Virus record (IMG/VR): IMGVR_UViG_3300006931_000029
Location: 160,955-224,954 of that record
Strand: one strand, 5' to 3'
DNA length: 64,000 bases
Positions 50,138-58,684 of the stretch are shown piece by piece. The position numbers and the translations under genes were made by a program. Below the pieces are notes generated by a model that was not told the origin of the DNA, searched no databases, and saw only the letters and a program-made list of their open reading frames with translations. The first letter of the stretch is position 1; the number at the start of each line of letters is the position of its first letter.

Positions 50138-51469
50138 TTACGTTAATGAGCCAACAGCGACGGTTTCTTTGTCGTCAGCCGTTGGCCCGAAAGAGAGAAG
50201 ACGCGGAACAATTCCGGTGGTGGCTTTGATCTCTGTCAATAACCAGTCAATGGTTCCTACGTCTTTGTAGACCGGTTTTGCGTTCTCAAGAGCTTGTGTA
50301 ACTTTGGCCCGTGCAAACAAATCCCGAGAACTAGAATGATCGAGACGCATGGTAGACCTATCCGGCAATCTGTACTCTGAGCAGACCTTCAGTTCGCCAA
50401 GTGAACTTACCCGATCCAAGCATGTCACGGCTAGGTAGTCCATCTTGCCGGCGACGTCGCACGCGTACTTCAATGCCACAGTGTCGAGCCAACCAGCCCT
50501 CATGCCACCTTGCCATCGGTTGTGGACGTTGTGCTGCTCTGGAAGTCTGCGCGTCATATCCTCGTCATAAGCAACAAAGGGACCCGCGCCATGTCTCGTG
50601 CTGTAGGCTCGCGTTACGCCGATCTTGGTAACCTCTCCGCCATAGCCGATCTCGTCCAACATTTCGTCGGCGTTGGCGAACGTCGTTGTGCTCCACGTGG
50701 TATGAGGATGAAAACCGTACCACTCGTCTAACAACACGCCTTGAGCGCCTTCGAAGACGATTGGTCTGTCTTGGTTGGCGATGTCTCTCCACGTGTTGCG
50801 CGGCACGATATGAACCTCTTGGACGAAACTTTGATAAATTCCTAGAAAGAAGTCGATGACTGATCCGTCAACGAAGCAATCCTCAAACTCCTGCATCGCG
50901 TCTGGATGAAACGACGCGCCATCGAGCATCCTCTTCAACTTGGCGCATTTGTGCTCTCTCAAGAGCTTTAGTTTCTGTCTGACGAGGTCTGGATAGAATA
51001 AATCTCCAGCTCGGATAACGAACTGAGGATTCAACATGACGTCCTCCATCGTCTCGCCGATGCCGATGCCGCACGTTCCGTGGGCTCCGTCACCGCGGTG
51101 CAGCTCAATGATTCGGTTCGCCGCTTGTTGAAAAGGGCTGATGATAGGCGCCTCGTGATCTATGAAAGTGCGAGCCATCGGCTTCGACACGCCAAGCGTC
51201 TCGAGATGCGCGGCTTCCTTCATCATAGCCTTTGGAGCGATCAGCACGTGTTTCGACAGGAACGTGGTGGTATCGTCCACGAACATGCCGCTGCCGAACT
51301 GAGAAAATTTGTGGCTTCGTCCATCACTTGTGACGACGTGGTGGGCCGCCTGAGCGCCACCGTTAAACCGGACCACAGTTCCAGCGCCCACCTTGCGGAC
51401 AAGGTAATCGACGGTCGTTCCTTTGCCTTGGTCTCCATATCCAAGGTCGACGACGATGTAGGCTTTCAT
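50138..51469 (-). CDS. Divergent adenylosuccinate synthetase-like (PurA-fold) ligase
   Basis: GDQGKG, RFNGGAQAAH, FEGAQG.LLD, AYSTRHGAGPF, GWLD. The aspartate-binding loop is replaced. Confidence 0.9.
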   Translation of the reverse strand: MKAYIVVDLGYGDQGKGTTVDYLVRKVGAGTVVRFNGGAQAAHHVVTSDGRSHKFSQFGSGMFVDDTTTFLSKHVLIAPKAMMKEAAHLETLGVSKPMARTFIDHEAPIISPFQQAANRIIELHRGDGAHGTCGIGIGETMEDVMLNPQFVIRAGDLFYPDLVRQKLKLLREHKCAKLKRMLDGASFHPDAMQEFEDCFVDGSVIDFFLGIYQSFVQEVHIVPRNTWRDIANQDRPIVFEGAQGVLLDEWYGFHPHTTWSTTTFANADEMLDEIGYGGEVTKIGVTRAYSTRHGAGPFVAYDEDMTRRLPEQHNVHNRWQGGMRAGWLDTVALKYACDVAGKMDYLAVTCLDRVSSLGELKVCSEYRLPDRSTMRLDHSSSRDLFARAKVTQALENAKPVYKDVGTIDWLLTEIKATTGIVPRLLSFGPTADDKETVAVGSLT

Positions 51470-51511
51470 AAAAGTGAGGCCGCCAAGAGTAGGGGTGTCG
51501 TCTTGGCGGCC
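51470..51511 (-). terminator. Hairpin / possible attenuator between the vWA and PurA-like genes
   Basis: 11-bp stem GGCCGCCAAGA/TCTTGGCGGCC followed by TCACTTTT-ATG. Confidence 0.5.
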
Positions 51512-51529
51512 GGTCGCTCGGTCGGTGTG

Positions 51530-52525
51530 TCAGGTCAGGCGACCATCATCGCCAGCGGTTGGAACCGCCGCTGGGAGATTGCTTGCCGCCGCCTTGGCGG
51601 TAATGGCACGAGACGTCGAAACAACGGCCAGTGCCGAACTTGCTGCGCGAATAGCGCCAGAATCTGCGCCTGCACTGTGTAGGTCGTCTGCTCCGTCCTT
51701 GATACTGGCGATGGCTCCTTCGACGAGGCCGATCGTCATGACGATGGTTTCACAAACAGCGTCGGCGTCAGGAAGCATGATGACTCGTTCGCCGAGAAGT
51801 TTCTTCCAGCGCTTGGCGATCTCCGGCATCGAACCAGTGCTCGTGGTTGGGATGATGTGGAACCACTCGTAGCGAGTCAGAAGCTCCTTGGTGATTTGCT
51901 CGAGTGTAACACTCGCCTCGAGTTTGTCACCAATTAGCTGCTCCACCTGTTCGCGATCGACCTTCGGATATGGCATCTCGTCACCGATGGTGAAGAGGTA
52001 CGCTTTTTCCTGCCGCTTGTCCCAGCAGTCGAGGTCGGTTCGACGAGCGAAATAGAAGGGGATGAGCTCGTAGGATTCCGTGTTCTGGCCACCGCCACCG
52101 CCCTCGAGGAAGAATTTCCCGAGGTTATCGTCCATCTCCAAGCCGGATTCGAACTGACCGATCTGCAGAGGGACGCTATCGGTTGTGGCATCGCCGACGG
52201 CGCCGAAGAGAATTTGCGGGTCTTGCACGTAACTCTTGGCCAGCAGAATGTGCATGAGTTGACCGAGTTTCTTTTGGAGGACGACAGGGATTCCTCCCAT
52301 AGAGCCAGTGACATCGAAAACGACGGCAATGGCGCGCGAATTTGGGTGAGCGGCGCTGTCGCGAGATTCACGGCGCTTGTCCTTGATGTTCATGTCGGCG
52401 TGAACCACTCGCGGCCCACCTGACGATTTGACTGAGTGGTCGTAGGCGAATGCCGACGCTCCCGTTGCGGCGCGGTGTGTGGTCCGCGCTGTGTAATCCT
52501 TGTCTGACCAGCTTGTTGATCCCAT
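51530..52525 (-). CDS. vWA-domain protein
   Basis: MIDAS motif VFDVTGSM, GAVGD, LQIGQFES, EGGGGGQ..ESYEL, FTIGDE. Confidence 0.85.
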   Translation of the reverse strand: MGSTSWSDKDYTARTTHRAATGASAFAYDHSVKSSGGPRVVHADMNIKDKRRESRDSAAHPNSRAIAVVFDVTGSMGGIPVVLQKKLGQLMHILLAKSYVQDPQILFGAVGDATTDSVPLQIGQFESGLEMDDNLGKFFLEGGGGGQNTESYELIPFYFARRTDLDCWDKRQEKAYLFTIGDEMPYPKVDREQVEQLIGDKLEASVTLEQITKELLTRYEWFHIIPTTSTGSMPEIAKRWKKLLGERVIMLPDADAVCETIVMTIGLVEGAIASIKDGADDLHSAGADSGAIRAASSALAVVSTSRAITAKAAASNLPAAVPTAGDDGRLT

Positions 52526-52541
52526 GGTGATTTCTCCTGCG

Positions 52542-53678
52542 TTATGCCCCTGCTAGTGCTGGGACGTTAAAGATGCGAAACTTTGGTTTGCCGAAATTCT
52601 TCTCGAGCATTTTCTTCCAGTTGGTGGCCAACTCGAGAGCGTCGTTAGGACGACGATGAGGTGCCGGGATTAGGCAAGAACGAAGAAAGCGTTGCATTTC
52701 AATCGGTACGCCAGCTGGAAAGACGGGATTGTGCGGTACGTTAGTTGCAGCACCGAGTAGGATCGACAACGTGAACGCAGCCATGTAGATGTCCACGGCA
52801 GGAGTTGCTCCCATGCTTTTCAAAACTTCCGGTGGATAGAGAGCGATCCATTTTTTCGATATGGCCTTGATTGGTTCACCAATCGGAACCGAATAGCACC
52901 AGTCCACCAGCACCAGCCCGTGGTTCTCAGCGCAAATCAAAGCGTGATCAGGCGTAAACGCTCCGTGGACAATACCAGAAGCGTGGACAAGTCCAAGCGT
53001 CGTCCATGTCCGACTGCCCATCCATGCCACGTCTCGTGGATCGAGTGGAGCCATCTTGTACGCGTCGAGAATGTGGTTCATGCTCGTCAACCCTTCTGCT
53101 GGAATGAAGACGTTAGCCACTCGTTTTTTGTTGGCGACGTCTGCGACCGTAATGGATTCCAATAGTCGCGGAATTCTGAACTCCATGTCCTTGTCTTTCG
53201 CCAACTTTTCAATGGACGTCCGCTCCGCAGTCATCAGGTCATTATTCTTCGGATTGCGTACGACTTTGACGTATGCCTCGTGGGTATCTCCGTCTTCAGA
53301 GTATTGAGCCTTGAGCACATCAGCAAGGTCACCTGTCAGCGACAATGGTTCCCCAACAACGTAGATTCGTTTCTTCGAATGGATGGTAACAGCCTCCGGA
53401 GCTGTGGCGACCACTGCCACCTTTCTGTCACCGTAAGTCTTAGCTTCGATCTTGGCCTCGGCCTGACCCCACCACTTGGCGAGAAGTTGAAACGCACCGT
53501 CGGCGACCTTCTTGTCTTTCGGGTCCGTGTAGCGATCGGCGTGGCAAACCTTAGCGAATTGGTGATAGAGTTTCTTGCCGGCCTTCATCGGGTCGGCAGA
53601 GCTCAGCTTCCCAAAGACGTCTTCAGGGCATTTCGCCTTGTTGAGTTGCTTGCGAACGTTATCGAGTTCAGGATTCAT
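52542..53678 (-). CDS. J-domain-like + Ser/Thr kinase-fold (pseudokinase) protein
   Basis: YHQFAKVCHADRY...AFQLL (J-like); YVKV, AE, IPRL, VHGAFTPDH, LVDWCY, YPPEV, DIYM (kinase subdomains). Confidence 0.75.
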   Translation of the reverse strand: MNPELDNVRKQLNKAKCPEDVFGKLSSADPMKAGKKLYHQFAKVCHADRYTDPKDKKVADGAFQLLAKWWGQAEAKIEAKTYGDRKVAVVATAPEAVTIHSKKRIYVVGEPLSLTGDLADVLKAQYSEDGDTHEAYVKVVRNPKNNDLMTAERTSIEKLAKDKDMEFRIPRLLESITVADVANKKRVANVFIPAEGLTSMNHILDAYKMAPLDPRDVAWMGSRTWTTLGLVHASGIVHGAFTPDHALICAENHGLVLVDWCYSVPIGEPIKAISKKWIALYPPEVLKSMGATPAVDIYMAAFTLSILLGAATNVPHNPVFPAGVPIEMQRFLRSCLIPAPHRRPNDALELATNWKKMLEKNFGKPKFRIFNVPALAGA

Positions 53679-54567
53679 CGTCTTTTGCTTCTGGGAGCTC
53701 TTCGACTATGGTTTGCAGAAGGTCTTGGTCTTGCTGTTGGCGTTGCTCCATCTCGCGCCACGCGGACATGTCTAGAAACTGCTTCACTCCGTTTTCAACC
53801 AGAGCTATAAGTGTCTTCGGCTCGAGAGCGTCTAGTTCCCAACTGCTATCGCCGAATTGTTCTCGGTATGCCGCGGCTCGGCTGTCATCCATCTTCACCG
53901 GGTTTTCTGGGAGTTGATGGCGCTGGACTTGGTCGTAATTCAACGCGAGTCGAACGACGTCAACTGGGCCGTCGCTGTAGCGCTCGAGTCTATCTCTTAC
54001 GTCACGAGACATGTCCAAACCGGACGGGTCGTGGTCACCCAAGTAGAGCACATGAACGTCTTTTCCTTCGACATCGCGCTGCGACTGAATGAACTTTCCT
54101 CGCGAGTACATCGATGACACGGACGAGTAACCTTTGTTGGCCGTAAAAGCAACTCCCCATTTTTCGCAGACCGGCGCCAGCACGCCTTCCAGGGCTTGCT
54201 TCTCAACCATGACCTCGACGTAATGCTGTTGCTGTTTCCACCGAGCTAAACGAAAATGTTCAGTCAAGTGCTGCAGATACGACTTGAGACTCTTATATTC
54301 CGGAATCGAGTGAGTCACGCGTCCGCGGTCTTCGATGGCGTCCCAATCTAGCATGCCGCCTTCTCTTGATTCAGAGATAACGGTAGCGAACGCTTCGTAG
54401 TTTTGCGGCGTATTTTTCATCCAGTTCTTCGCCACAAACTGGTAGTAAAGCTGGCGAACCGTAAGCTTGAAACCCTGTGAGAGATAGTCTTGGCACAAGC
54501 CGTCGGCTTTCGCGATAATGTCGATCGCTCGTTCACCAAACTTCTTCTCTCTGAAGCATTCTTTCAT
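53668..54567 (-). CDS. Toprim-domain protein (Topo VI-A/Spo11/DUF2399-like)
   Basis: LTVRQLYYQ, VEVMVEK, KGYSS, LYLGDHDPSGLDM, WELDAL. Confidence 0.75.
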   Translation of the reverse strand: MKECFREKKFGERAIDIIAKADGLCQDYLSQGFKLTVRQLYYQFVAKNWMKNTPQNYEAFATVISESREGGMLDWDAIEDRGRVTHSIPEYKSLKSYLQHLTEHFRLARWKQQQHYVEVMVEKQALEGVLAPVCEKWGVAFTANKGYSSVSSMYSRGKFIQSQRDVEGKDVHVLYLGDHDPSGLDMSRDVRDRLERYSDGPVDVVRLALNYDQVQRHQLPENPVKMDDSRAAAYREQFGDSSWELDALEPKTLIALVENGVKQFLDMSAWREMEQRQQQDQDLLQTIVEELPEAKDDES

Positions 54568-54577
54568 GGACGGGTTT

Positions 54578-54612
54578 AGGCTAGCGTTGTCCTTGAGTTT
54601 GTAAACAAAAAT
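54578..54612 (-). promoter_or_regulatory. Sigma70-like early promoter heading the Toprim-to-PurA-like operon
   Basis: TTTACA-N16-TAGCCT-N10-ATG(54567). Confidence 0.7.
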
Positions 54613-54615
54613 AAA

Positions 54616-55131
54616 TCACTTGCCGTACCACGCCGTGATCGGTCGTATTGCGAACGGAGCAGAGTGGCCATGCATCGGAATGTGACCCCAATCGCCGGTG
54701 TAGATTCGCCAACCTCTGTTGTTGCTCCCATCGTGGTCGCACCAGCCGTCCCAACCGTAATCGTGGCGTAGGCACGCGTAGGCGTCGTACGTTGCGGTGA
54801 GGCCATCCCTGGTTTCAGGAAGTGGCGGTGGAGTGACCTTGTCAGCGGCTTCCGAATTGAGGTAGTTGTAGACGAAAGCAGCAAGTTTTTGAGGATCGTA
54901 ACCCTCGCCAAACGGAAATCGTTGCGTCAACTTATCGTTGTGATCGATCGGATACTGATACAAGACAAGGCCGAGGTGAGGATCGATTCGATAGCCCGTG
55001 AAGCCTCCGTACCCTTCGCTCTTCTTCGCGTGAACCTGCGGCCACCGAAATTCTCTGCGGAAGATGAATTCGAGGATGCCGACCAGTTGAGCTTGGTTAT
55101 CGCCTGTGACGTTGAATCTGTGGTTGTCCAT
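54616..55131 (-). CDS. Hypothetical protein
   Basis: DHDGSNNRGWRIY...FAIRPITAWYGK. Confidence 0.65.
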   Translation of the reverse strand: MDNHRFNVTGDNQAQLVGILEFIFRREFRWPQVHAKKSEGYGGFTGYRIDPHLGLVLYQYPIDHNDKLTQRFPFGEGYDPQKLAAFVYNYLNSEAADKVTPPPLPETRDGLTATYDAYACLRHDYGWDGWCDHDGSNNRGWRIYTGDWGHIPMHGHSAPFAIRPITAWYGK

Positions 55132-55967
55132 TACTTCAGGGCAGTGTTGATTTTGATCTTCTTGCCGGCGCGACGGCCCTCGGCAACAGAGCCGAAATCG
55201 TCTAGATTTCCTTCACTGACTTTGAAGTATTTCAACCGAGGATGGTAACCCTTGACGGCTTGATCGACCTTCTCTTTTTCGCCGATCAAAATCATGGCGA
55301 CGGATTTGCCTGCATCAGCGTGCGACAGTTCGGCTTGCGCTTCGGCTTCGACTTTTCCCTTCTCGATGTCAAGCTTCTCATTGAGACCTTGGTAGACACC
55401 GTAGAAGAAGCTGTTACGGCTTGACATCGGTGCGTCGACGGCCTTCCGGTGTTTGTGCCAAAGGTCAATGAATTCGCGATGGAGAAAGCCGTAGACGTAG
55501 ATGGCAATGTGAACGTTGGTCTGTCGACCGATGAAGCTTAACGATTTCACGGTACCCGTCTTCTTGATTCCTTTGTCGACGTAGTCAGTCCAATCTGAAC
55601 ACTCGATGATCTTCACGCCGAAATACGACTTGAGAATCCACGTGATGAACTTATGACAGGATGGAAGTCTAGCTGCGCAAACTCCGCCTCCCTCGCGAGA
55701 AGGCCTGAACGGTTGCTGGACGATCGGCTCACCGGCTGACGTGTCCTCCGTCATGTCAATTGAGGCAAGGTCAATCCCGTGCTTCAGTGCAAGTCGTTGT
55801 GCGGCCATGAGCGCACCTTCGGCTTCGGCTTGTGTCGATCCTTTCGATGTCTCAGCTCGAGAAAGGAGCTTTTTGATCTTCTCGAGAATCTCGGTGTTCG
55901 CGACCGACATCGCCGGATGGTTCTCCGGTTTCAACCCTTCTGGTGCCTTCTCTGGTGCGTCGCTCAT
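55131..55967 (-). CDS. DUF2786 domain protein
   Basis: ILEKIKKLLSRA...EAEGALMAAQRLALKHGI. Confidence 0.8.
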   Translation of the reverse strand: MSDAPEKAPEGLKPENHPAMSVANTEILEKIKKLLSRAETSKGSTQAEAEGALMAAQRLALKHGIDLASIDMTEDTSAGEPIVQQPFRPSREGGGVCAARLPSCHKFITWILKSYFGVKIIECSDWTDYVDKGIKKTGTVKSLSFIGRQTNVHIAIYVYGFLHREFIDLWHKHRKAVDAPMSSRNSFFYGVYQGLNEKLDIEKGKVEAEAQAELSHADAGKSVAMILIGEKEKVDQAVKGYHPRLKYFKVSEGNLDDFGSVAEGRRAGKKIKINTALK

Positions 55968-56369
55968 TGTAGTCAAGAACTAGTCAGACCCCAGGATTCG
56001 TTATCTTGGGCGGCGTGATTTCGTTCAATTTGTTGAGAATTTTCCTGATAGCCAGTTGAATGCCCATTCCACGCTGGGCTTTGTCGAGTTCGAGAAACTG
56101 AGATTGCTCAGCTATCTTGGCCAGCGTGTCTAACTCTCGCCACGTGAGCTGGTTTTCGTTGTCCGGAAAAACACTGGACGCATTCACTATTCCGTAGAGA
56201 AATCCTCCAACTTGAGACGCGCGTTGACACACGCCGTCATAGTGTTTCTGCGAGCACTCAACTAGCAACTCAATCTCGTCAGGAGAAAAGGTAACCCACG
56301 CTTTTGGTTGAAAAGTGACAGACAAGAGATTCATTTCGGTGCAGGCCTCCTAGTCGGAGGGCTGTAGCG

Positions 56370-56401
56370 AAACCCGGCGAGGCCACACGCCCCGCCGGAT
56401 T
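56370..56401 (-). terminator. GC-rich hairpin terminator
   Basis: ATCCGGCGGGGC-GTGTG-GCCTCGCCGGGT-TT after the stop at 56412. The U-tract is short. Confidence 0.6.
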
Positions 56402-56411
56402 CCATGGCTGT

Positions 56412-57335
56412 TTAGTTGAGAAGCAGGTCGACGGCGGCCGTCTGCAGGCCAATACCGTAACCGATCATGTTGGTCTCGAAGCGGGATTCGGCAGCACGCT
56501 TAGCGCGAACCGGTTTCTCGTGCGAGAGGAACTGCGTGACCGCGTTTAACGCGTCGGCGCGGGTCTTACCCTCGTTGCCGATACCGTTGCGGAAGAGCTC
56601 GAACACCTTTGTGCGGGTGTTGGTGACACGTTTGCCTTCGCCGGGCATCCAAACCTCGACGAATTTCTTCGCGTCGCCTTCGGACATCTTGACGGACTGG
56701 AGTTGGTTGTAGACCTTCTGGAACTCCTGCGCATGCTTGTCGGCGAGACCGACGATGCGGTGAGCTTGTTCAATTTTGTCCTTGAAGTTTTTCGTGTGAC
56801 GGATAACGACCATCGATTTGGCCTCACCGAGGGCGGCCGACAGCGTGTTCATGCAAACCACGCGAGTGGAGACGAAGCGAACTGAAACCGGTTTGGTGCC
56901 GTCGTGACTGAGATAAACGAGGAAGTACTGCTTGAGTCCGTCGTTTTTGCCAGAGAGAAAGTACTCCTTCTTGAGGCTGGCGAGGAACCAAACGATCTTG
57001 CCGTTGCGGAGTGAACCGGCCGTCTCGTAGACTGCGTCGTCACCGATAACCGGATCGAGGATGTTGAGACCGTCGACGTTCTGGATCGGCGTGTAGCGGG
57101 TGCCCACGATTCCGAGGGGCTCGCCAGTGTCAGCGCGAACGATTCCGAAGTGGTCGGGGAAGGATTTGCCGTCAGCAACGCGGATGCGTTTCTTTGAAAC
57201 TTCCCAGTTCAGTTTGGCCTGAGCGAGAGCGGCTTCCGCCGTAAGAGCACCTTGGACAACGGTGCCGAGTTTGTGCCACGGGACGATACCGTTAGCAGAG
57301 ACCATGTGGTCATTTTCCTGGAGTTCGTGAGCCAT
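56412..57335 (-). CDS. DUF932/DUF945 family protein
   Basis: MAHEL, PWHKLG, YTPIQN, ETAGSLRNGK.VW, SHDGT, RVVCMNTL, IRHT. Confidence 0.9.
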   Translation of the reverse strand: MAHELQENDHMVSANGIVPWHKLGTVVQGALTAEAALAQAKLNWEVSKKRIRVADGKSFPDHFGIVRADTGEPLGIVGTRYTPIQNVDGLNILDPVIGDDAVYETAGSLRNGKIVWFLASLKKEYFLSGKNDGLKQYFLVYLSHDGTKPVSVRFVSTRVVCMNTLSAALGEAKSMVVIRHTKNFKDKIEQAHRIVGLADKHAQEFQKVYNQLQSVKMSEGDAKKFVEVWMPGEGKRVTNTRTKVFELFRNGIGNEGKTRADALNAVTQFLSHEKPVRAKRAAESRFETNMIGYGIGLQTAAVDLLLN

Positions 57336-57388
57336 ATTGATTCGAGTTTTTAACGTTTAACAGACTTGATTTGCTTTCAACGAAAGTA

Positions 57389-57425
57389 AGCCTAAACTTT
57401 CTTTCAGCAATGTAAACAAAAAAGT
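57389..57425 (-). promoter_or_regulatory. Sigma70-like early promoter
   Basis: TTTACA-N16-TAGGCT, followed by a leader of about 50 nt. Confidence 0.7.
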
Positions 57426-57606
57426 GCGAACTATTTTTCGGTATGTTCTTGGCTAGATTGGATTTCCCTGATTTCCGTGTCGTGGGTAAAATCAGCTCTA
57501 GCACAGGCCAGAAGCAACTTTACGATCATGAGAAGCACCAGACAGATGGCGAATAGGCCGAGAAAGTTGATGAACCTCTGTTCGCTAGGCGAGTATTCTC
57601 CGGGGC

Positions 57607-58128
57607 TCATGTTTCGTATGGAGCAATGCCGCCAGTGGTGTAGTAGCCGTTGACGTTGAGCATCATTCCTGATTTTGACTTTCTCGGTGTCGGCGTACGA
57701 CCAACGCTGAAGAGGAACTCGGCCACGAGTTGGCGACTGGACATTTCCTCGATGTCTGGATCACGGCGACCCATCAACACGGAAGCCACAGTGCAGAAAG
57801 CAGTGGCTTCATCATTGAAAGCAATTCCATCGCCTGAGCGATTAAAATTCTTCGCGTCAAATTTGAAACCGGAGGCTTCGAGGCGGTAGAGCGAATTGAG
57901 AAACCCGGTTGCCGACATGTCTTTGAGCTCGTTGAGCATCTTGACAAATTCCTCAGCGGCGTCGTTGCCCAATTCGGCGACAATTCCATCGTACACCATC
58001 TTGATGTGCTTCGGGCCAAGATCGCCACGGTTAACGCCGCGACCCGAGTAATACTCTGGACGAGCGGACAAGCGACCATCCGTGTGTTTGTGGATGATCG
58101 CGCGAACGGACATTTTTTCAGTTGACAT
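57607..58128 (-). CDS. Hypothetical protein
   Basis: 173-aa ORF tiling the array. Confidence 0.65.
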   Translation of the reverse strand: MSTEKMSVRAIIHKHTDGRLSARPEYYSGRGVNRGDLGPKHIKMVYDGIVAELGNDAAEEFVKMLNELKDMSATGFLNSLYRLEASGFKFDAKNFNRSGDGIAFNDEATAFCTVASVLMGRRDPDIEEMSSRQLVAEFLFSVGRTPTPRKSKSGMMLNVNGYYTTGGIAPYET

Positions 58129-58130
58129 GG

Positions 58131-58586
58131 TTAAACTCTAGTTGCGCATTCGGGTCCGAGACCCAGTTCGATACTCTCTGGAACAGTGAGCTTACGCCCA
58201 CAACGGCCGCAGCGACCCTCGTGCCACAATTCGCAGTTCGGAAGCTCCTGACCTGCGAGAACTCGCTCGACTACCCACCTAGCTGCCTTAGCGGATGGCG
58301 CGTCCGGCGTAATCTTCGATCGGACGCCGTGCGAGTAAGTCCCATTGGCGAAAATCGTGCCGACAAACTGGTATGAATGCTCGTTGTCCGAACCGTTAAG
58401 GACTGAGACGAAGTGCGGCGATTGAGCGGTCGGTTTGCGAACCTTCAGCGTGAATCGCGTCTGGGTTTTACCTGACCGGACCGTGAAAGTAGCGTTACCA
58501 GCGAGCAGAAACTGCTTTAAGTTTGCCGGAGCAACTTGAGCAGGAGCAGCGGGGTCCAGTCCAGGTAGGGAAGGAGTGTCAACCAT
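58131..58586 (-). CDS. DUF6011 domain protein
   Basis: LAGNATFT, HEGRCGRCGRKLTVPESIELGLGPECA. Confidence 0.85.
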   Translation of the reverse strand: MVDTPSLPGLDPAAPAQVAPANLKQFLLAGNATFTVRSGKTQTRFTLKVRKPTAQSPHFVSVLNGSDNEHSYQFVGTIFANGTYSHGVRSKITPDAPSAKAARWVVERVLAGQELPNCELWHEGRCGRCGRKLTVPESIELGLGPECATRV

Positions 58587-58593
58587 AAAAACC

Positions 58594-58632
58594 ATTCAAC
58601 CCACTTTGTTCTGAAATGTAAACAAAAAAGTG
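58594..58632 (-). promoter_or_regulatory. Early promoter cassette
   Basis: TTTACA-N17-TTGAAT-N7-ATG(58586). Confidence 0.75.
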
Positions 58633-58684
58633 TAGGTAATTTTAGGTGTCTTTCGGCTCAGCTGGAAGTAGGTTCTTCTAGACT

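Noticed and set aside
50138-51469. PurZ / Z-genome (2-aminoadenine) system
   Set aside because: The catalytic position is Asp (GDQGKG), not the Ser of PurZ. The aspartate-binding loop that PurZ needs is missing, and no recognisable DatZ, MazZ or DpoZ gene is adjacent.
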